From NCBI GenBank assembly GCA_038883855.1, contig JAVZLH010000017.1, forward strand, positions 1 to 18,900: a stretch of 18,900 bases of DNA. The letters run 5' to 3'. Position 1 is the stretch's first letter, and every line of letters starts with the position of its first letter. The translations under genes and the position numbers were made by a program. This stretch comes from Candidatus Bathyarchaeia archaeon (lineage in GTDB: Archaea; Thermoproteota; Bathyarchaeia; Bathyarchaeales; Bathycorpusculaceae). Below are positions 7,693 to 15,937 of this stretch, one piece after another. Under the pieces are notes generated by a model. The model ran no database searches, was not told where the DNA came from, and worked only from the letters and a program-made list of their open reading frames with translations.

Positions 7693-8505
7693 ATGTTGAT
7701 TGTTGTGAAAGTTGGGGGAAAAGTTCTGCAAAGCAGCCTTTCCGAAATCGCCGAAGACATAAAGGACATAGTCTGCAAAGGCGAGGATAAGGTGGTTTTC
7801 GTTCATGGAGGAGGAGCAGAAGTAACGCTTATCGCCCAAAAATTGGGTTTAGAACAGAAGTTTGTGATGTCTCCAGAGGGCTTTCGAAGCCGCTACACGG
7901 ACAAGGATACTGTGGAAACGTATAATATGGTGATGTCTGGGAAAATCAACAAAACAGTTGTTTCAACTTTTCAAAGCTTTGGAATAAGAAGCGTTGGGTT
8001 GTCTGGTGTTGATGGCGCGCTTCTTAAGGCGAAGAGGAAGGAAAAGATTATTGTGGTAGATGAGGGGGGGAGGAAGCGGGTTGTGGATGGGGGATTCAGT
8101 GGTAAAATATGCGGGGTGGACACTGGATTGCTTAGGTTGCTAATTGAAAATGGTTATGTGCCAGTAATCTCTCCAGTGGCCATAGGCGAAGAATTCGAGT
8201 TGTTGAATGTTGACGGTGACCGCGCGGCAGCCAACATCGCCGGCGCTTTGCAAGCGGATAGGCTTGTTCTATTAACTGATGTTGACGGTGTGATGCTTGA
8301 CGGGAAAGTCTTGGAAAGGTTGAAGCTTTCTGAAGTTAAAAGCGTTCTTCCAAAGATAGGGGCTGGTATGAGCACTAAGATTCACGCAGCTACAGAAGCC
8401 CTAAACCTCGGCGTGAAAGAGGCGATTATAGCTTCTGGAATGCGGAAATCGCCCGTCTCCTCTTCTGTTAAGCATGAAAGTGGAACAGTGATAACCCATG
8501 GATGA
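7693..8505 (+). CDS. lysZ: [LysW]-aminoadipate/glutamate kinase (ArgB family)
   Basis: Motifs VVKVGG, VHGGG, SPEGFRSRYTD, LLNVDGDRAAA, LTDVDG and GAGMSTK. Confidence 0.95.
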   Translation: MLIVVKVGGKVLQSSLSEIAEDIKDIVCKGEDKVVFVHGGGAEVTLIAQKLGLEQKFVMSPEGFRSRYTDKDTVETYNMVMSGKINKTVVSTFQSFGIRSVGLSGVDGALLKAKRKEKIIVVDEGGRKRVVDGGFSGKICGVDTGLLRLLIENGYVPVISPVAIGEEFELLNVDGDRAAANIAGALQADRLVLLTDVDGVMLDGKVLERLKLSEVKSVLPKIGAGMSTKIHAATEALNLGVKEAIIASGMRKSPVSSSVKHESGTVITHG

Positions 8506-9718
8506 AAAATGGGTGATTGAAACAGAAGATAAGTATTTGGCAAGGGTTTACGCGAAAAAACCAGTTGTGCTCGCTAGGGGAAAAGGAGCTTTCTTGTGGG
8601 ATATTAATGGCAAGAAATACTTGGATTTTACAGGAAACTACGGCGTCTGCATCATCGGATATTCTCGCCCAGAAATAATTCAGGCGTTAAGGAAGCAGAT
8701 AGAGAGGCTTATTCCTTGCCACGGGTCATTTTACAACGAGAAAAGAGCGGAACTGCTGGAAAGGCTAGCGCAGATAGCGCCTAAAGGTTTAACAAAATCC
8801 TTTTTGGGAAACAGCGGAACTGAAGCGGTTGAATGCGCCATCAAAATGGCGCGCAAGTTCACTGGGAAGCCGGAAATAATTGCTATGATGGGTGGCTTTC
8901 ATGGAAAAACTATGGGTGCGCTTTCCGCGACTTGGAAGGAGAAGTATAGGGAGCCTTTTCAGCCTCTTGTTCCAGAGTTTAAACACGTGCCAAGATATAA
9001 CCTTCAGAAAATAAAGGAGGCTATAACAGAAAAGACAGCCGCAGTCATAGCCGAACCAATACAAGGGGAAAGCGGCGTTATTCTTCCGCCAGAAGGTTTC
9101 TTCCAATCTTTAAGGGAGTTATGCGACAAAACTGGAGTTCTTTTAATAATGGATGAGGTTCAGACTGGAATGGGTAGGACAGGCAAGATGTTTGCTTGCG
9201 AACATTGGGGGATAACTCCAGACATCCTTTGCGTTGCGAAGTCCATTGCGGGCGGATTCCCGCTTGGAGTAACCATGGCAAAAGAGGAAATAGCGTCTTC
9301 ATTGGAGGTTGGGGAGCACACGAGCACTTTCGGCGGGAACGCTGTTGCTTGTGCTGCGGCATGCGCCACAATTGATTTGATAGTGCGGGAGAGGCTTCCT
9401 GAAAGGGCTGAGCGTTTGGGGCGTTACTTTTTGGACAGGCTTAGGGAGTTGCAGTCTAAATATAAGGTTGTTAGGGAAGTGCGGGGTTTAGGTTTGATGA
9501 TAGGTGTTGAGTTTAGGGTTGACGTTTTGAATGTTATACTTGGGATGATGCAGAGGGGAGTTTTGGTGCTTGACGCTGGCAAAAACGTGGTGCGGTTCCT
9601 ACCGCCCTTAATCATCACGGAGAAGGATATAGACACGGTCATCGCTGTTATGGATGAAGTTTTGGAGGGAGAAAAGGATAAACGATTACGCAGTTCAGTT
9701 TCTAACGAAGCTTCTTGA
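8498..9718 (+). CDS. lysJ: [LysW]-aminoadipate/glutamate semialdehyde transaminase (class III PLP, ArgD family)
   Basis: NSGTEAVE, FHGKTMG, EPIQGESG, DEVQTGMGRTG, PLP lysine in AKSIAGG, and STFGGN. 8-nt overlap with lysZ. Confidence 0.94.
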   Translation: MDEKWVIETEDKYLARVYAKKPVVLARGKGAFLWDINGKKYLDFTGNYGVCIIGYSRPEIIQALRKQIERLIPCHGSFYNEKRAELLERLAQIAPKGLTKSFLGNSGTEAVECAIKMARKFTGKPEIIAMMGGFHGKTMGALSATWKEKYREPFQPLVPEFKHVPRYNLQKIKEAITEKTAAVIAEPIQGESGVILPPEGFFQSLRELCDKTGVLLIMDEVQTGMGRTGKMFACEHWGITPDILCVAKSIAGGFPLGVTMAKEEIASSLEVGEHTSTFGGNAVACAAACATIDLIVRERLPERAERLGRYFLDRLRELQSKYKVVREVRGLGLMIGVEFRVDVLNVILGMMQRGVLVLDAGKNVVRFLPPLIITEKDIDTVIAVMDEVLEGEKDKRLRSSVSNEAS

Positions 9719-10769
9719 AATTTACAGCCCCTCAGGCAAAGAAGGGGAAATAGGCGCTTTCATAGCGGATGAAATGAAAGAATTGGGTTTTAAAGTTAAA
9801 GTGGACGCGGTTGGAAATGTTATAGGCGAAGTTGGAGTGGGGAAGCCTGAAATTTTGCTGTGCGGTCACATGGACACTGTTCCAGGCTACATTCCAGTGA
9901 GGGCGGTTGACGGTAAATTGTATGGTAGGGGGGCTGTTGACGCGAAATCCTCTTTGGCGACGATGGTTTTAGCCGCTAATTCTGTTGCGGAAAGGTTTTC
10001 GTCTGGAAAAATTTTGGTTGCTGGTGTTGTTGAGGAGGAGAAAACGGGTAAGGGAATGAAACATTTAATAAAGGAGGGTTTGTCGGCGGATTATGCGGTT
10101 TTTGGGGAGCCAAGCGGGGTAGAGAACATAGTTATTGGGTATAAGGGAAGTTTGAGGCTGAAATTGGCTTGTGAAACGCAGGCTGGGCATTCTGCTGCTC
10201 CTTGGCTTTTTGAAAACGCAATTGAGAAGACGTTTGAAGTTTGGAAAGTGATAAGGGAAACTCGTTTTCCAAACGAGGATTTAAACAGCCATTTTTACTC
10301 TGTCACCTCGTGTCTAATTCGGCTTAGAGGAGGCGAATCCGCTGCTTCAAATGTTCCCTCCAAATGCGAAGCCTTAATAGATGTGAGGGTTCCGCCGCAG
10401 TTAACATGCGCGCAAGTTTATGAAGAGATTAAAGGTAAGGTGGCGCAGTATCAGGCTGCAAACCCAAAGGTTACGGTTAACATAAAAGTTGTTGATTCGG
10501 TGGAAGCTTTCGAAACAGACAAGGGCAACCCGCTTGTTAAGGCTCTTTCGTCAGCTGTTAGGAAAGTGAGGGGTAAAACGCCTGTCTTGGTGAGGAAAAC
10601 TGGGACTAGTGATATGAATTTGCTTAGCAGAGCCCTGAAAATTCCAGTTGTGGCTTATGGACCTGGAGACTCGAGTTTGGACCATACTCCCAGTGAGTGG
10701 GTGAGCGTGGAAGAGTATTTGGATAGTATTCGGGTTCTTCAAGAAGGTTTAACAAAGTTGCTTTGTTAA
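9654..10769 (+). CDS. lysK: [LysW]-lysine/ornithine hydrolase (M20 peptidase, ArgE family); start may be 9678
   Basis: YSPSGKE, CGHMDTVPG, YGRGAVDAK, EEE, GEPS, TGTSDMN and YGPGDSSLDHTP. Confidence 0.94.
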   Translation: MKFWREKRINDYAVQFLTKLLEIYSPSGKEGEIGAFIADEMKELGFKVKVDAVGNVIGEVGVGKPEILLCGHMDTVPGYIPVRAVDGKLYGRGAVDAKSSLATMVLAANSVAERFSSGKILVAGVVEEEKTGKGMKHLIKEGLSADYAVFGEPSGVENIVIGYKGSLRLKLACETQAGHSAAPWLFENAIEKTFEVWKVIRETRFPNEDLNSHFYSVTSCLIRLRGGESAASNVPSKCEALIDVRVPPQLTCAQVYEEIKGKVAQYQAANPKVTVNIKVVDSVEAFETDKGNPLVKALSSAVRKVRGKTPVLVRKTGTSDMNLLSRALKIPVVAYGPGDSSLDHTPSEWVSVEEYLDSIRVLQEGLTKLLC

Positions 10770-10788
10770 GCTGTTATGGGTGGAAAGC

Positions 10789-11244
10789 ATGTTTAGGCAA
10801 CGTGAAAATATCCAGAAGTGGCTGTCTGAAATTATTGCGAAGTTTCGGGAAAAGGGCGCCGTCAGCCCAGAAAAGGCAATGAGCGCTGAGGAGCTGGGGG
10901 CTTCCACCAGTCTTTGAAGAGGCAATGAGGGGACGTCTTGGGCGCTCCGGAATTTTTGTTGAGGTGGATGGTAAATACTATCTTTCTGAGGAAAGGTTGA
11001 AGCAGATAAAGGAGATGCTGTCAGCAAGGGGCGAAATGCCAAATCTGAGAAAGAAAGTTACGACGTTGCGGCTGATACAGTTGGTTGCTGTCGTTGTTGT
11101 TGTGGTTATTTTATTGTGAATTTGTTTGTTCAGAGCTGGGAGCTTAGGGTGGTGTCTATTGTTTTACTTGTTGTTTGGCTGCTAATAGCTATACTACAAA
11201 TCTACTACATAACAAAAATACGGAGAAAGTTTACATTTCAGTAG
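10789..11244 (+). pseudogene. Doubly frameshifted gene for a wHTH-like domain plus two transmembrane helices (~151 aa if repaired)
   Basis: Frame 1 gives MFRQRENIQKWLSEIIAKFREKGAVSPEKAMSAEELG and shifts at G5 (10896-10900). Frame 2 gives LPPVFEEAMRGRLGRSGIFVEVDGKYYL...VAVVVVVV and shifts back near T4 (11109-11112). Frame 1 then continues VNLFVQSWELRVVSIVLLVVWLLIAILQIYYITKIRRKFTFQ*. Confidence 0.7.
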
Positions 11245-11413
11245 AAGTCTCTCCTACACTTGCTTAATTGTTCATCTCTTTTGTAAGCACATGTCTGAAT
11301 ATTGACTTGATGGTCAAAGTTTTATCCAAATACAAACTCATTCACTAAAATATTCACATACGGAAAAGCCTGAAAAACCTTTTTTATTCCGAATAATTAA
11401 TAGATAATCATTA

Positions 11414-12091
11414 GTGCAAACTTTGCGCTCCAAATTTCAAAAGATCTTACTCATAGTCATTCTATTAATCCTTAGTGTAGCAATGACTTTTGTTTTGCAA
11501 CATGCAGAAAGCACTCGAATTGAGCAACGTACATTTACTACCACAATAACCATCTCAAATTAAACCATGTTTGGTTCTCCTTTCAATGCTTTTGTTAACA
11601 GAGGTCTCTTTAATTCTCTTGGAGATGTCTATGTGTATATGTCTTCTCCATATGCCAATTATTGGAATACGTTCAACTTTTGGATGTCCTTAGATAACCC
11701 CTCCTGGAAAGATATTCCCTTTATGGAATCCATTACAGATGATTTGACTCAAATGGCATATCCAGGGCGCATTAGTCTATCTGATCCTCAACTAACAATT
11801 TATCAGAAGTACTACGTTCCACCACAAACACTACTTCTTCCGCTTAATGTCACAAAAGAAGACGTTTCAAATATAAGAGCAAATGTTTTGGTTAAGCTAC
11901 AAGCTACACCAGCCGACAGAACTCAATGGATACTAGCGTTTATTACGATGTTTGGGCTTGTTGCGTCTATTGCGGCTATTTTGGATCATTCCTTTTTAGA
12001 AAAAGAATTCAATAAAACTAAGAAATCGCGTACTCACACACTAGAAAGAAAGAATAGAATACTTAAAACCATAAGAAGGTACTTGGACTAG
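11414..12091 (+). pseudogene. Membrane/secreted protein gene interrupted by an in-frame TAA (11561-11563); the ORF track shows only 11567-12091
   Basis: GTG at 11414 gives MQTLRSKFQKILLIVILLILSVAMTFVLQHAES...TISN*TMFGSP..., in frame with the 174-aa ORF. N-terminal signal/TM helix and C-terminal TM (WILAFITMFGLVASIAAIL) with a basic tail. AT-rich. Confidence 0.6.
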
Positions 12092-12127
12092 AAGGTAAAC
12101 TTACTCTTTTGTGATTGTTTTTGGTGG

Positions 12128-12631
12128 TTATAGTTTTATTCCTTTGTGTTTTTTGACGTAGGGGACCAGTCCGCCTTCTTTGAAAATTTCGAAAACCAGC
12201 TTCGGCAAAGGTTTAAACTTGAGTGACTCTACGCTTCTAGTGTTTTCCACCGTGCCCTTCTCCAAATCTACCCTAAGGATGTCTCCTTCCTTCACTGCGT
12301 CTGATATTCCTTTGCATTCTAGGGCTAGCATTCCAGAGTTTATGGCGTTTCTGTAAAATATTCGCGCAAAGCTTTCAGCCACAACCACTTTTATGCCCAA
12401 AGCCTTCAAAACCAGCGGAGCCTGTTCCCTGCTTGAGCCGCAGCCAAAATTTTTTCCAGCCACTATCAAGTCGCCTTCCCGCACCTTCTCAGCAAAGTCT
12501 GGGCGTATAGCCTCAAAAGCGTGCTTAGCCATCTCCCTCATATCCAACGTGTCATACTTATACTTTCCAGCAATAATCAAATCCGTGTTCACGTCGTCCC
12601 CAAACTTCCACGCTCTACCCTCAACCCTCAT
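12128..12631 (-). CDS. Aconitase-family small subunit (homoaconitase HacB/LysU or isopropylmalate isomerase LeuD)
   Basis: FGDDVNTDLII, AGKNFGCGSSREQAP, AESFARIFYRNAIN and EGGL. Substrate cannot be determined from sequence alone. Confidence 0.92.
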   Translation of the reverse strand: MRVEGRAWKFGDDVNTDLIIAGKYKYDTLDMREMAKHAFEAIRPDFAEKVREGDLIVAGKNFGCGSSREQAPLVLKALGIKVVVAESFARIFYRNAINSGMLALECKGISDAVKEGDILRVDLEKGTVENTRSVESLKFKPLPKLVFEIFKEGGLVPYVKKHKGIKL

Positions 12632-12634
12632 ACC

Positions 12635-13894
12635 CTACAACACCTCTTTAGGACTGGTTATTTTCCCAGTTATTGCCGAAGCAGCGGCAACAGCAGGCGA
12701 AGCCAAATAAATCTCAGCTTTTGGATTTCCCATCCTACCCTTAAAATTCCTATTCTGCGTACTCAAACAAACCTCGCCGTCACCCAACAAACCCAAATGC
12801 CTCCCAACACACGGACCGCATCCAGGCGGGTTTATAACAGCGCCAGCAGCCAACAAACTCTCGATTATTCCAGCTTTCAAAGCCTTCAAATACACTTTGC
12901 GAGAAGCGGGCTGAACAAGCAACCTCACACCCTCCTTAACCTTCCTCCCGCCCAAAATTCGCGCAGCCGTCTGCAAATCCTCAAACCGCCCATTAGTGCA
13001 AGTCCCAATAAAAACCTGATCAACCTCCACGTCGCCTAGTTCAGCAACCGTCTTCACGTTATCAACCGAATGCGGCACAGAAACCATAAAATCAAGCTCA
13101 CTGGCTTTTACGGTGATTTCAGCCGCGTAACGCGCGTTTTCGTCAGGTCCAAGCTCACGGAAACTTTTTCCTCTCTCTTCAAGAAGGAACTGCAAGGTCT
13201 TTTCGTCCACTGGGCAGAAGCCAACCTTCGCGCCAGCCTCAATAGCCATGTTCGTCATCGTAAACCTCGACTCCATACTCATCTCCTTAACGCCTTTGCC
13301 GACAAACTCAATCGCCATATAATCAGCCCCATCCGCGCCCAATTCACCAATCACATAAAGCGTCAAATCCTTAGAAGTTAAAGGCCAATGCAGCCTTCCT
13401 TGAACATCAACCTTTATCGATTCAGGAACTTTCAGCCACGTTTGACCATACGCCATTCCAACCGCTATTTCAGTACTACCCATCCCAGTTGCGAAAGCGC
13501 CCAATGCGCCATGCGTGCACGTGTGGCTGTCAGCGCCTATGATGAGCATTTCTGGCTCAGCAAATTCTTCAATCAAAATCTGGTGGCAAACTCCATACCC
13601 TACATCGCGAAAGTTGCACGAGTGTTTATGTGCAAAATTGCGCATCATCTTGTGAATGTTGCTTACCCTGTCGCTGGGACTCGGCCCCGTATGGTCTATT
13701 ACAAAAAGGATTTTGGAAGAGTCGAAAACTTTGCTGACGCCGAGTTCTGAAAATTCCTCTATTGCAAGTGGTGCCGTTCCGTCATGAGCCATCAGGAAGT
13801 CTATGTCGGCAACAATGATTTCCCCAGCGGTAACAGTCCTTCCAACTTTTTTGGAGAGAATCTTTTCAGCCATAGTTAAGCCTTTTTTGTCCAT
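12635..13894 (-). CDS. Aconitase-family large subunit (homoaconitase HacA/LysT or isopropylmalate isomerase LeuC)
   Basis: GADSHTCTHGA, [4Fe-4S] ligands in IGTCTNGR and GCGPCVG, and NRNFKGRMG. Confidence 0.93.
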   Translation of the reverse strand: MDKKGLTMAEKILSKKVGRTVTAGEIIVADIDFLMAHDGTAPLAIEEFSELGVSKVFDSSKILFVIDHTGPSPSDRVSNIHKMMRNFAHKHSCNFRDVGYGVCHQILIEEFAEPEMLIIGADSHTCTHGALGAFATGMGSTEIAVGMAYGQTWLKVPESIKVDVQGRLHWPLTSKDLTLYVIGELGADGADYMAIEFVGKGVKEMSMESRFTMTNMAIEAGAKVGFCPVDEKTLQFLLEERGKSFRELGPDENARYAAEITVKASELDFMVSVPHSVDNVKTVAELGDVEVDQVFIGTCTNGRFEDLQTAARILGGRKVKEGVRLLVQPASRKVYLKALKAGIIESLLAAGAVINPPGCGPCVGRHLGLLGDGEVCLSTQNRNFKGRMGNPKAEIYLASPAVAAASAITGKITSPKEVL

Positions 13895-13940
13895 GCCTTT
13901 GCCTCTGAAACTTCATGACACATCAGGCTTTTAATCATTT

Positions 13941-14639
13941 CTAACGTTGAATCGGTTCTTTAATCATCTTTTTGCTCAGCTTCCTTGCTTCCGCAATCAA
14001 ATTTGTCAACGCAGTCAAAGCCTTCCCAACATCCTTCAACTGCAAAACCAGTATCGTTTCAGTTGAACAGCTTAGGGTTTCCTCAATGTTTACACGCCTT
14101 CTGGAGACAGCGTTATAAAAGGTTGTAATGCAACCGGGAGTCTCAATTATTTTTTGAGGGCTAGTTATTATAAGGGTTACTAAATTGTTTTTCTCTTCAA
14201 AAATGTTTTCCAAGGGAAAGTCTGAACGGATTTTGTCAAACAATTTTTGATCAAAAATTATAGTGACTACTTTAGTTCCTTCTATAATTTGAACATATTC
14301 TTCACGCGCTAAACTAGCCAATATCTTCCGTAGAGTTTCAAGGTTTTTTCTGGTTTTTTCAGCCGAGATTTTCGCTATGTCTGTTCTCAAGTTTATGACG
14401 CTTTCCGCAATAACTTCGGTTACATCCATGTTGTGCGTGGGCTTGTAGGTTACGCTGGCTCTCTTCACCGCCGTTATCACGCTTTCAAGCTTAACCTTGT
14501 GGTTTAAAACTTCTTCAACCATAGGCTTCAGCATCCGCGCTACGGCGCTATAGTTTGCATAGCCCTTCTCAAGCGCGGACTGAAGCGAGAAGTCTTTGTC
14601 TATCAATTCTTGAACAATTCTGGATATACTTTCACTCAA
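13941..14639 (-). CDS. Uncharacterised regulator with N-terminal HTH-like region and C-terminal ACT-like ligand-binding domain(s)
   Basis: N-terminal SLQSALEKGYANYSAVARML...VKLESVITAVKR (helix-turn-helix-like). C-terminal ETPGCITTFYNAVSRRRVNIEETLSCSTETILVL resembles aspartokinase-type ACT. No kinase domain. TTG start. Confidence 0.75.
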   Translation of the reverse strand: MSESISRIVQELIDKDFSLQSALEKGYANYSAVARMLKPMVEEVLNHKVKLESVITAVKRASVTYKPTHNMDVTEVIAESVINLRTDIAKISAEKTRKNLETLRKILASLAREEYVQIIEGTKVVTIIFDQKLFDKIRSDFPLENIFEEKNNLVTLIITSPQKIIETPGCITTFYNAVSRRRVNIEETLSCSTETILVLQLKDVGKALTALTNLIAEARKLSKKMIKEPIQR

Positions 14640-14690
14640 TTTTGGTCACTTTTACAGTTTTTGATATACTTTGACCAAAAAATATATAAG
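14640..14690. promoter_or_regulatory. Divergent regulator/argG promoter with inverted repeat TTTTGGTCA-N23-TGACCAAAA and TATA box
   Basis: Perfect 9-bp inverted arms at 14640-14648 and 14672-14680. TATATAAG at 14683-14690 lies ~24 nt before ATG 14714, consistent with leaderless spacing. Confidence 0.7.
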
Positions 14691-14713
14691 GCTTGCTAGC
14701 ACAAAGCGAACCC

Positions 14714-15937
14714 ATGTCGAAAGAAAAGGTTATACTCGCATACTCAGGTGGATTAGACACATCCATAATGATAAAATGGATTCAAGAAAATTATGAAGCC
14801 GACGTGATTACATTAACCGTGGATGTAGGTCAAGGAATAGACCTTAAAGCCGTAGAAGAAAAGGCATTGGCGATCGGCGCCATTAAACACTATTCAATAG
14901 ACGCAAAACAAGAATTTGTCACAAATTATGTTTTTCCAGCTATAAAGGCAAACGCCCTATATGAAGAAAAATATCCTCTCTGCACAGCGCTTTCACGACC
15001 ATTAATAGCCTCGAAATTAGTTGAGATTGCAGAAAGGGAAAACGCTTCAGTAGTCGCCCACGGATGCACTGGAAAAGGAAACGACCAAGTTCGTTTTGAC
15101 ATAACAACAAAAGCGTTAGCACCAAACCTTAAAGTGATAGCCCCCGTTAGAGAATGGCGATTAACAAGAGACGAAGAAATAGAATTTGCAAAAGAAAGAA
15201 AACTGCCAATCACCTTAAACGCAAAAACCGCCTACAGCACCGACCAAAACCTTTGGGGACGCTCAATCGAATGCGGCATACTCGAACACCCAGATCAAGA
15301 ACCACCAGAAGAAATATACGAGTGGACTCTACCGCCAGAAAAATGTCCAGACGAACCCACATACGTCACCATTGAATTTGAACATGGCGTTCCATGCGCA
15401 CTCAACGATGAACGAAGCGACCCAGTTTCGCTTATTACAAAGCTAAACAAAATTGGGGGGATGAACGGAGTTGGGCGCATAGACCATATTGAAGACAGAA
15501 TTGTGGGAATAAAATCAAGGGAAATCTACGAGTGCCCAGCCGCCACAATCTTAATAGAAGCCCACAAAGACTTAGAAAAAATGGTTCTAACACGCCACGA
15601 AATCGCATTCAAAAAACATGTAGAGGCAGAATGGGCCTTCCTAGTTTACGCAGGTTTATGGGTTGACCCGCTTAGAAAAGACTTGGACGCTTTCATAGAC
15701 AAAACGCAAGAGCACGTAACAGGCAAAGTCAAGTTGAAGCTTTATAGGGGAAACTTGATGGTTGTTGGGCGTTCTTCACCATACTCATTGTACGACTTGA
15801 ACTTGGCAACTTACGACGTGAAAACAACTTTCGACCAGTCTTTAGCACATGGCTTCATTGAACTTTGGGGGCTTCAGTCAAAAACATTCAATGCTCTTAA
15901 AACAAAGCTGGAGCGCGTAGAGAGGAAAGCACTGTGA
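14714..15937 (+). CDS. argG: Argininosuccinate synthase (start at ATG 14714 preferred over TTG 14693)
   Basis: LAYSGGLDTS, HGCTGKGNDQVRF, DQNLWGRSIECG and GIKSREIYECP. Confidence 0.97.
   Translation: MSKEKVILAYSGGLDTSIMIKWIQENYEADVITLTVDVGQGIDLKAVEEKALAIGAIKHYSIDAKQEFVTNYVFPAIKANALYEEKYPLCTALSRPLIASKLVEIAERENASVVAHGCTGKGNDQVRFDITTKALAPNLKVIAPVREWRLTRDEEIEFAKERKLPITLNAKTAYSTDQNLWGRSIECGILEHPDQEPPEEIYEWTLPPEKCPDEPTYVTIEFEHGVPCALNDERSDPVSLITKLNKIGGMNGVGRIDHIEDRIVGIKSREIYECPAATILIEAHKDLEKMVLTRHEIAFKKHVEAEWAFLVYAGLWVDPLRKDLDAFIDKTQEHVTGKVKLKLYRGNLMVVGRSSPYSLYDLNLATYDVKTTFDQSLAHGFIELWGLQSKTFNALKTKLERVERKAL

Noticed and set aside
11083-11107. (GTT)n-like microsatellite
   Set aside because: Encodes the poly-Val transmembrane helix of the disrupted gene; imperfect and short.
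11302-11317. TTGAC-N6-GTCAA inverted repeat resembling the putative operator
   Set aside because: Spacing differs from the lysW/argG elements and there is no adjacent BRE/TATA match; plausible by chance.
12393-13750. + strand ORFs of 103-172 aa
   Set aside because: Antisense to the aconitase subunits; no independent coding evidence.
14693-14713. TTG-initiated N-terminal extension of ArgG in the ORF track
   Set aside because: Lies 2 nt after the TATA box, upstream of the expected TSS; ATG 14714 fits a leaderless start and the family N-terminus.
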